Positions 56,651 to 64,000 of a stretch of 64,000 bases of DNA are shown one piece after another (position 1 is the stretch's first letter; each line of letters begins with the position of its first letter). The position numbers were made by a program, and so were the translations under genes. The notes under the pieces were generated by a model. It saw nothing but the letters and a program-made list of their open reading frames with translations. It did no database searches and had not been told where the DNA came from. The stretch lies in the IMG/VR virus record IMGVR_UViG_3300017971_000007, one strand, 5' to 3'. The DNA is from a virus.

Positions 56651-57405
56651 GCGACGGATATCCAATAACGACTCTAGATGCTCCAAAAGAGAGCGACAAG
56701 AAAATAGTCTTTGTTAATAGTCCGGCTAGAGAGGGTTCATATACGTGGCTGACTGGAAGAGGTGATGATCTGGACCCGGAGTCCGGTTCCGGGCGTGGAG
56801 AAGGTCAACAGCTTTATCTTAACTTCACCGGGGCCGGCGAAAATACTGTCACTATCCAATTCAACGAAGCAGTGGAAATACATGACGCTCAACTAAGTTG
56901 GAGACCCGTAGATAATTGGGGATTTAATGATGAATGGAGCGCCTATCTGTATCTTCCAGCTACGACTATTGTCGAAAACGGTGGCGGGACCGGAAATTGT
57001 GACAGAGTAGAAATAATACCTAGTTCCGGCTTATACATCATTGTCCCGGCAGCTGGAGATGGCGCATATGATGTGGATTTAGATGAAGCTGTACCTATCC
57101 CCGATGGCAAGACAGCGAGTAGTCCTGATTCCACAGGTTATTGGGATGTCGATAAGTACTGGTCTGAGGAGGTGACGGTCAATGCAGCTGGAGACGGTGA
57201 ATTCAACTTCTACACCTTTCCCGCCGAATTTTATTTTTGTAAGAGAATGAATTGTGGACATCCTCGCGGGTTCTGGGACTTAGATGCCTACAAAGCAGAA
57301 TGGTTATCTTCGAAATGGCAATTCAAACTATTTGTCGACAAAAACACGGATAGTGCAGGGGAGATAGGCGGATACGTCATGGTTTTCAGACCAGGAGCAA
57401 TATAA
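56647..57405 (+). CDS. putative virion protein
   Basis: Acidic, beta-rich; ATGA start at 56647. Confidence 0.6.
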   Translation: MSDGYPITTLDAPKESDKKIVFVNSPAREGSYTWLTGRGDDLDPESGSGRGEGQQLYLNFTGAGENTVTIQFNEAVEIHDAQLSWRPVDNWGFNDEWSAYLYLPATTIVENGGGTGNCDRVEIIPSSGLYIIVPAAGDGAYDVDLDEAVPIPDGKTASSPDSTGYWDVDKYWSEEVTVNAAGDGEFNFYTFPAEFYFCKRMNCGHPRGFWDLDAYKAEWLSSKWQFKLFVDKNTDSAGEIGGYVMVFRPGAI

Positions 57406-58043
57406 TGAGCGATCTAAGAATAGGATTCTCTGTTTCGGATTCTATCGTGTCTAAAATAGTCTTATGGGGGTCCGGTGCCGAGGTAGATATCAGCCATTCC
57501 CTATTTATAGCGAAGACTGTGTTCGTTCCATCTACTTTGCATATTTCTGCTTTAGATTACGGTCATGTTGACAATGCAGGAATAAAGGGCGGTTTCGTGG
57601 ACTACTTGACTGTCGGTGCAGAAGGCAGCGGCGTAGATTGGGTACCAAAAAAACAATTCTCAGAGAATAACAGTCTGAAAGCTGAGTTTGATATATTAGG
57701 AGATAGGCAGAAGCTTATCGAAGTAATAAAAACAGTTTCCACTAAATACGGAAATGCCCCGTATGATCATCTAGCGGCAGGAGGGGTCGGGATAAAACAC
57801 AGATTAAAGTGGTTATGGAGAAAAATCGGAAGATGGTTTCGCTCTAAGCTAAGCAAGAATTCTGTCACGTGCACGGAATTGGTTATTCGTCCTCTACAAA
57901 AAGTCGGGTATCAAGGTGTTCAACTTCTGGACCCCGAGCTGACAACAGCCCCAGAGCTCATGAAAGCCCTCTATCTAGCCAAGGACGAGTTTAGATTAGT
58001 CAGAGCCACTAGAGACGTTATGGATTATTTGGAGAGTCTGTAA
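57405..58043 (+). CDS. permuted papain-like amidase (YaeF/YiiX, NlpC/P60 superfamily)
   Basis: His (ISHS) precedes PYD and Cys (TCTELV), then ..P.EL; permuted catalytic order. Confidence 0.7.
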   Translation: MSDLRIGFSVSDSIVSKIVLWGSGAEVDISHSLFIAKTVFVPSTLHISALDYGHVDNAGIKGGFVDYLTVGAEGSGVDWVPKKQFSENNSLKAEFDILGDRQKLIEVIKTVSTKYGNAPYDHLAAGGVGIKHRLKWLWRKIGRWFRSKLSKNSVTCTELVIRPLQKVGYQGVQLLDPELTTAPELMKALYLAKDEFRLVRATRDVMDYLESL

Positions 58044-58583
58044 ATGTCCGTTAATGGAAAAGTTGGCAGCCCGGTTCAAATTGTGATGATTCTGGAGGAT
58101 GGGGTAGAGAATCATTATCCACAGGCAGAAATATACGATGCTGGAGGGACTGTCCCGTTAAGCGTTGTGGATTTGGAGCACAAAGCAAAGGGGAGATACG
58201 AAGGGTCGTGGACTCCCAGTTCAGTGGGGACCTACTCTTCACATTTTTTTGTTTACACGGATATAGCCCATACTGTGGAAAGCATTGCCTACTTCCGGGA
58301 AGTGGAGCAGATTTTCGTAACATCCTCTGACGTAGATGATTTAGCTGCCGCAATTCTCAGGGTCTTGGGCCTGTCTCACGAGAACGCTTTCATCGACAAC
58401 ACCAATTTCTCTGCTAACGGCCAGCTTATAAGTGCAAGGATTAGGATATTCGATTCCAAGGCAAATGCCGAGTTGGCGACTGATGGAGGGACAGAAACGA
58501 CTGGTTTGGTAGCCACATATAGTATGACAGCGGATTACGAAGGTCTTGGAAGATTGAAGTCTTATAGGTACTTAAAGGATTAA
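58044..58583 (+). CDS. Ig-like virion protein
   Basis: GRYEGSWTP..VGTY; ILRVLGLSHEN. Confidence 0.6.
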   Translation: MSVNGKVGSPVQIVMILEDGVENHYPQAEIYDAGGTVPLSVVDLEHKAKGRYEGSWTPSSVGTYSSHFFVYTDIAHTVESIAYFREVEQIFVTSSDVDDLAAAILRVLGLSHENAFIDNTNFSANGQLISARIRIFDSKANAELATDGGTETTGLVATYSMTADYEGLGRLKSYRYLKD

Positions 58584-58585
58584 AA

Positions 58586-58894
58586 ATGAGCATATGCGCT
58601 ACGAGTTTAGTGACGAACGGATTCATCTGCTGCCAGATAGCAGAAGACCAACTTGTCAGTTGTGACAAGCCGGAAATACCAAGCATACTGGAGGTCAGAC
58701 CTAGACTAAGATATGCAGTGAAGCAGGTAGAGCCGGAAGCTGATGAACCGATAATAGTGGCTTCTAGGGAATTAGTACCGACTATCGTAGGGAAAGAACA
58801 GCCTCCCTCTACCCCAGAGCCGGATGACGCGCCGGCAAATACTTCAGCTTTCGAGTTAAGACCGACAATAACTTCGGCCAAAGAAGAAGAATAA
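58586..58894 (+). CDS. Pro-rich hypothetical protein
   Basis: 102 aa; three E(L/V)xP repeats. Confidence 0.6.
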   Translation: MSICATSLVTNGFICCQIAEDQLVSCDKPEIPSILEVRPRLRYAVKQVEPEADEPIIVASRELVPTIVGKEQPPSTPEPDDAPANTSAFELRPTITSAKEEE

Positions 58895-59847
58895 TGGCGA
58901 CTATAAAACTTACCATCTACGTTTCGAATATAGATAATGTTTTGACACTGTATGACACCATGCAGGTCAGACGTTCCGCCACAGCTCCTCCAGCAGCGGA
59001 CCTAGTCTTCCTGACGGATACGACGGCTGCACCGGCCGAGCTCGTCGGTACTGAGGAGGGTCCGTTTATCTTAAACGGGAAAACCATGACCCTTAAGATA
59101 AACGGTACGGAGATGTCCGTGACGTTCGTGTCCCCAGACCCTATAGCTATTCCCGATGTCATTGACGAGCTGAATACTGCGTTCGGAGGGGCCGGCCTTC
59201 CAGCTACAGCCTCAGATGATGGAACAGGGAAACTGAAAATTGAGACAGATGATAGCGGAACTCAATTTACTATCGAGATGATTAGCGGGACAGCTCTTTC
59301 AGTTCTTGGATTTAGTATCGGGGATAAGGATAACGGAGAGGCGGCTCATATACCATTGGTTGCCGGAACCACGAGCTATGAATTCGATGATGGAAGCGGA
59401 CAACCAAGTTATTATTACTCGACGAGATTTTTTAATACCGCAAACGGTACGTACAGTGCCTGGTCAGACTGGATTCAGGGCCAGACAGTATCTGCAGTCG
59501 ATTCCGTTAATCTCATTATCGGAAAAATAAAATTGTCCGACCTGGACGGAAACGCACTATCTGGGGTGAAGGTCGTCATAGCCAATGCCTGGGAAGTACA
59601 GAAAGTCAACGGCTATGGAATTTTTGGAAGGTCCATCAGTATCGAAACCGATAGTACCGGCCAAGCTGAAACGACTTTGGTTAAGGGATCCAAAGTCGAT
59701 GTTATCATTTCCGGGACTTCAATCATCAGAAGGATAGTTGTGCCTAGCACTGGTACAGAGTTTGACTTACTGGATGATAGTCTGGTTGTAGCAGACGAGT
59801 TCGAAATCCAGAGACCGGATATCCCATATGCCGTCAGAAGATCGTAA
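58894..59847 (+). CDS. virion structural protein with C-terminal carboxypeptidase-regulatory-like Ig domain
   Basis: G..SDLDGNALSGVKV...ETDSTGQAE..L; sheath-insert-like beta domain. Confidence 0.6.
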   Translation: MATIKLTIYVSNIDNVLTLYDTMQVRRSATAPPAADLVFLTDTTAAPAELVGTEEGPFILNGKTMTLKINGTEMSVTFVSPDPIAIPDVIDELNTAFGGAGLPATASDDGTGKLKIETDDSGTQFTIEMISGTALSVLGFSIGDKDNGEAAHIPLVAGTTSYEFDDGSGQPSYYYSTRFFNTANGTYSAWSDWIQGQTVSAVDSVNLIIGKIKLSDLDGNALSGVKVVIANAWEVQKVNGYGIFGRSISIETDSTGQAETTLVKGSKVDVIISGTSIIRRIVVPSTGTEFDLLDDSLVVADEFEIQRPDIPYAVRRS

Positions 59848-60394
59848 AGAATTCCATATCGAGAAAGGTAAGCAGGCCACGGTTGACTCATTTTTCGATG
59901 AGTTAGAGAAAATATGCGGAGTAGATTTGTCAGCGAAAATTTTTCTGAGAGAAAAAATAGCTGGGGTAGGTTTGGATATACACGGATATAGAAAAGATCC
60001 GTTCAATCCTCCGAAAAAACTAGTAGATGTGTATGAAGGAGACACTAGTTCTGCCAGAATAGATTGGCAGGACAATAACAGACAAAAAACTAAATTCGAT
60101 AACGAGTCTGGTCGCGGATATAAATTACATCTGGACAACCTACTAGGAGTGAGATGGGATAAACGCGATTTTTCTAGATTCAGCCAACCCAGTAAGTTTT
60201 TAGATAAAGCTACAGATGAGGCTTATACTGACACTCCCGTAAGCAGGAATCTATCTAGAAATGAAGTGCGTGATTTGATTCAGGATTATTCAAACAGGTC
60301 TGGAAACCATCCATATGAAAAGGCCTTCGTGAATAAAGCTAAGGAACTACTCAAAAACAGAGGCGTGAAATTTATCAGATTGGAATATGAATAA
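59828..60394 (+). CDS. FFDELEKI-tagged protein; putative injected head protein
   Basis: GKQATVDSFFDELEKIC..EKIAG. Confidence 0.65.
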   Translation: MPSEDRKEFHIEKGKQATVDSFFDELEKICGVDLSAKIFLREKIAGVGLDIHGYRKDPFNPPKKLVDVYEGDTSSARIDWQDNNRQKTKFDNESGRGYKLHLDNLLGVRWDKRDFSRFSQPSKFLDKATDEAYTDTPVSRNLSRNEVRDLIQDYSNRSGNHPYEKAFVNKAKELLKNRGVKFIRLEYE

Positions 60395-61335
60395 TGGCAA
60401 GTGAGACAGTAAGGATTTTTGTGGTAGATCAGGAAACCCCGACTCCTGGAGCAATAGAGGATGTGCTCGTTAGAGTCTTCGATTCCACGGGCTCGACTTT
60501 CATTACCCAGAATACGACCACGCTCGTGGGATCAGATGCTATCGCGGACTTTACTTTAGATGGGGATGACCCTCCGATAGAGTATCAGGTACGACTGTCC
60601 AAAGTCGGTGTCGCGTTTGATGGATTATTAGGGGATGATAGCAAGACACCTCAATTGATAGAGGTGTACAGCCCTCCAGCGAATGCTCCGAGCGGAACCA
60701 ATGATTTCATTGTCAAAGGACAGACATTCGTCAGGCCGACAGCCGCAGATGATAAATTGTGTAGGGTAAGCGGATTCTTTAAAAGAGGGGACTCTTTACC
60801 TTATCCGAATCTGGATATTATATTCATTCCGCTATTCAATCCGACAATCGTTTCCGGTAACGCTGTAATGGGAGGTCAGATAGTTGCTAGGACGGACGAG
60901 GATGGGTACATCGAAGTAGATTTATACAGAGGCGGCACATATTCGGCTATTATCGAAACATTAGAAGATAATGCTATGGAATTGGTCGTCCCTGATAGTT
61001 CGTCATTCAATATCGTGGATCTAATCTTCCCGGTCGTGAAAGAAGTGATATTTAATCCGTCGTCTGTTAATCTGGCGGTGGGAGGCACCGAGGAAATAGT
61101 TCCTACGGTTACTGCATCTAATACAGTCGTACTGGAGGGAGCAGCTCCAGCCGACGTGGAATACGTTGTTGATGATGAGTCAATAGCTACGGTCCTGGTT
61201 ATGGATGACAGGCTCGTTATAACCGGCGTATCCGCTGGGACAACTCAATTGAGCGCATCTAGGAAAGATAGTTCCATTGTAGTTGTTCCGGATTCAGGAA
61301 TTGTGCAGACTCCTTTGTCTGTTGTTGTGAGTTAA
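60394..61335 (+). CDS. virion protein with Ig-like (Big_2) domain
   Basis: C-terminal PSSVNLAVGGT..Y..DDESIATV..ITGVSAGTT.L.AS. Confidence 0.7.
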   Translation: MASETVRIFVVDQETPTPGAIEDVLVRVFDSTGSTFITQNTTTLVGSDAIADFTLDGDDPPIEYQVRLSKVGVAFDGLLGDDSKTPQLIEVYSPPANAPSGTNDFIVKGQTFVRPTAADDKLCRVSGFFKRGDSLPYPNLDIIFIPLFNPTIVSGNAVMGGQIVARTDEDGYIEVDLYRGGTYSAIIETLEDNAMELVVPDSSSFNIVDLIFPVVKEVIFNPSSVNLAVGGTEEIVPTVTASNTVVLEGAAPADVEYVVDDESIATVLVMDDRLVITGVSAGTTQLSASRKDSSIVVVPDSGIVQTPLSVVVS

Positions 61336-61351
61336 TGAAAGATGACCAAGG

Positions 61352-61642
61352 ATGTTGTTGGATGACGAAAGAGGGGTGAAATTACTTCTGGCCTCAATTA
61401 TCAGAAGAGCCGCTTACGACATAGCGCTGTACAAAAACGACTCCCGCCTAAACTTCAGATTGATAGCAAAACATGCTTACGACTGGATGTTCGAGGATAT
61501 AACTCCAGATTGTAGATTGGATAGATTCACCGCTTTCTTGAATATATGTGAAGTTCTAGGAATAAGCCCGGAAAAGATAAGAAGAGATACCCTCAAGATG
61601 CAGCGCACGGACGTTTCCAGAATTGACAGGGGAAAGCTATGA
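61352..61642 (+). CDS. conserved-type phage hypothetical protein
   Basis: LL.SII.RA..D..A.DW.F..F.NICEVLGI.PE.IR pattern. Confidence 0.7.
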   Translation: MLLDDERGVKLLLASIIRRAAYDIALYKNDSRLNFRLIAKHAYDWMFEDITPDCRLDRFTAFLNICEVLGISPEKIRRDTLKMQRTDVSRIDRGKL

Positions 61643-64000
61643 GTAATTTTACCGACCTTGAGCTAAAAGACGCGGTAAGCAAGTTCGTAAAGTCTGAAAT
61701 AAAGACCCTGCGGACTGATTTAGGACCAATTGATGTTGATTATGTATATGACGAGGTTAAAGAGTTTGCGGCTTCAACCTTCTTATATGATTCAAGCTCC
61801 ATCTTCTACCTTCTCTCTCTTTCAGCTAACCGAATCAATCGAGATGTTCTTCTAGGAATAGAATATCTTGAGGAGATGATAACGGCGATAGGGGAGCTAG
61901 GAAGGGATACTAAGAAGATAACCCAAACTAGTTTGCTAGAAGATGCTGCATCTTCTCTGTCAGATGTTGAGAGATCAATCAACGAGAAAAATGTTGTCGG
62001 AAGTTCACAATTTAACAGATACAACCGGAATGTCGACAGATTTATAAACAATTCCCTATTGCCGAATGTCAGAAGATTCAGCGGCCAATCGTTTCCCAAC
62101 CTCTATGAAATATCTAGAACTCCGCAGGAGGCGAGGACGTATTTAAAAAATACGATACCGGCGCTAAAAGAGATTCACGGCAATGTCATCGATGAGGTTG
62201 AACAGGTAAGACAGTCGCTGTCGGAGCTCATATCACTAAATCTCCCAATTATAGCCGTTAAGAACAGTGCAAGGAATGTAAGACTGGACTTGCGTTCCAT
62301 AAAGAAGGAGCTAGATGCAGAGGATGTAGATGGGGCGATTGGATTGGCTAGAGATGCTTTTCTTAGAATAAATGCCGGAAAAGCTGTAGTTAATAACTTA
62401 ATGAACTTCAATGACCCGAGAGAGGTTCTGATGAGTTCATCGAGCTCTAGCTCCGACAGGGCGGCCGCGGTATACCCATCAAATAGCTCTACTCCAGCAA
62501 AGATAATTTCCGCATATTCCGGTCCGTTTCACATAATACCTAGTGCTCAGGATGAATTCTTGCTGTCAGCGAATAGCGGGCTAGAGCAGAGTGTTACGTT
62601 GTCACCTCTCCCTCCAGCTTCTATATCCGGATATTTAGGAGAGACGTTCGATATTCATACGGCTCAGAAAGCTAATTTGTCCTGCTCAGCCGGACCATAT
62701 ACTATTCCAGCTTCTCCAAACAACGTGTTCGAAATCTATGTCGATGGGCTGGGATATAGAGTTACTCTCACATCAGGCTCTAGGACTGCCGCGCAGGTAA
62801 CTGCCGAGGTTAATCTAGCAACAAAAATAAACGGGGACCCGGGTACGTTTGACGATGTAGCAACGGCGTTAGACGATTCAGGAACACTCAAATTCGAACA
62901 CGATACATTAGGAGACGGCTCTATAGTTATAGGCGAACAGAATACGCTGAATTCAAGCTTAGGGCTCACAGACGGAAGAGACTCAAATGATGATACACAC
63001 CCAGACTACGAGCAGAGTAGGGGGGTGGACGCAAACAATGTCATCAGATTTTTAGTCGACGATATCAATTTTGTGGAGGTATCCCTTTCTCAGGATATTG
63101 CTAAGACAGCATCACAGATAGCATCGGAAATAGTAGCGGCATCTGCTTTAATTGACGCCGAGGAACTGGAAGTAGAAGCTTCACCATCTAACATCAAGGT
63201 CCTGAAGGTATCCTCCAAATCGTATGGAGATGGCTCTTTCATAGCTCTTTCTCCGAATACTCAAATCCATTTGGATTGTATGGAGACATTGGGTTTCACC
63301 GAAAATCAGGAGTCCAGGTCCAGTTACGTAAGTTCTGATGATGTTGCGCAGGACATCGATACCATGGGAGGAGTTTCCTCGTATGCCGTTGATGAGATAT
63401 TGAGTTCAGGGGACAGCGGAACTGCGGAATATACTGGATTGCTGTACAGATTATCTCTTCCGTCAGGTTCTCTATCAGGTAATGAGAATACGTACAACAA
63501 ACTCAGAATAACTGGGGGACCTAATACCGGATGGTATCCAATAACAGACGTAGAGATTCTCCCATCCAGGGAATACGTCTATGTCGGCCGCCCTTTTAAT
63601 ACATCAACTGGGGATGGGTCCCAAAATCAAGCATGGGAAATACATCAGAACTCAGTAGTAATAGAGTCTGACGACGTCTCAACATTCTCTTCGTTGGTAC
63701 CTGGATTGGGGAACGCGAACGCAGAATTAGGGATTCAGACACAGGCTGTAGGTAGTGTGTCTGGGGTCAGAATAACTGACGGAGGTTCGTATCTAAGGTT
63801 CTCTAGATATGATGTTAGAGCCGGTGATATCCTGACTCTCGTTAGTCCGGTAAGCAGTGTCCACACAATAACAGAAGTTGCTGACGATGGTTATCGATTA
63901 GAAGTAGACCCGGAGGTCCCATCTGATTTGGTATCAAATCAATACAAAATAGAGAATTCAGGTCTTACGGCCTATAACCAATTCATCGAGGACCTCAACA
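61639..64000 (+). CDS. large virion structural protein, truncated by window end (not in ORF track)
   Basis: ATG 61639 (ATGA overlap); frame open in the stretches translated by hand up to the window end (>780 codons); helical N-terminus, then repeated GP(F/Y).I..TA.Q(V/I)..E(V/I) beta domains. Confidence 0.75.
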   Translation, partial: MSNFTDLELKDAVSKFVKSEIKTLRTDLGPIDVDYVYDEVKEFAASTFLYDSSSIFYLLSLSANRINRDVLLGIEYLEEMITAIGELGRDTKKITQTSLLEDAASSLSDVERSINEKNVVGSSQFNRYNRNVDRFINNSLLPNVRRFSGQSFPNLYEISRTPQEARTYLKNTIPALKEIHGNVIDEVEQVRQSLSELISLNLPIIAVKNSARNVRLDLRSIKKELDAEDVDGAIGLARDAFLRINAGKAVVNNLMNFNDPREVLMSSSSSSSDRAAAVYPSNSSTPAKIISAYSGPFHIIPSAQDEFLLSANSGLEQSVTLSPLPPASISGYLGETFDIHTAQKANLSCSAGPYTIPASPNNVFEIYVDGLGYRVTLTSGSRTAAQVTAEVNLATKINGDPGTFDDVATALDDSGTLKFEHDTLGDGSIVIGEQNTLNSSLGLTDGRDSNDDTHPDYEQSRGVDANNVIRFLVDDINFVEVSLSQDIAKTASQIASEIVAASALIDAEELEVEASPSNIKVLKVSSKSYGDGSFIALSPNTQIHLDCMETLGFTENQESRSSYVSSDDVAQDIDTMGGVSSYAVDEILSSGDSGTAEYTGLLYRLSLPSGSLSGNENTYNKLRITGGPNTGWYPITDVEILPSREYVYVGRPFNTSTGDGSQNQAWEIHQNSVVIESDDVSTFSSLVPGLGNANAELGIQTQAVGSVSGVRITDGGSYLRFSRYDVRAGDILTLVSPVSSVHTITEVADDGYRLEVDPEVPSDLVSNQYKIENSGLTAYNQFIEDLN

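Noticed and set aside
38660-63000. Numerous antisense ORFs under structural genes
   Set aside because: Shadow ORFs of long Gly/Ala/Thr-rich genes, with no RBS or promoter support, except 52874..53083.
1-64000. Stop-codon reassignment
   Set aside because: Genes tile densely under code 11, and TAG, TGA and TAA all occur at coupled gene junctions.

Overview
This window is a dense, gene-packed segment (spot counts about 40% GC) of a large tailed bacteriophage genome, probably a myovirus or jumbo-type phage, read with the standard genetic code. It has three blocks. (1) 1-18.4 kb, + strand: mostly short hypothetical genes, plus an amidase endolysin, a DHH/DHHA1 phosphoesterase, one intact and one catalytically degenerate zincin, and RHH/wHTH regulators. 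(2) 18.4-38.2 kb, - strand: early/accessory cassettes (Nudix, NDT-like, START-domain, hexapeptide-repeat and MYG1-like proteins, and several paralogue families), many driven by a repeated AAAAATA-N~12-GTATAAG promoter-like motif. (3) 38.3-64 kb, + strand: virion morphogenesis (tape-measure-like, tube/baseplate-hub-like, Ig/lectin-like structural proteins, a permuted papain-like amidase) with an embedded sigma-70 family factor. Two candidate novel systems stand out. The first is a GC-rich ~1.9-kb transcription unit in which a MYG1-family nuclease ORF sits between ~450 nt and ~560 nt of densely base-paired RNA, next to two further structured non-coding segments. The second is a set of otherwise unrelated proteins sharing an F-x-D-E-L-x-K / K-x-A tag resembling a capsid-targeting and protease-cleavage signal. 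A variant of that tag sits on the phage sigma factor, suggesting a virion-delivered sigma that could read the early promoters. All family calls come from motif recognition by eye; no database searches were run.
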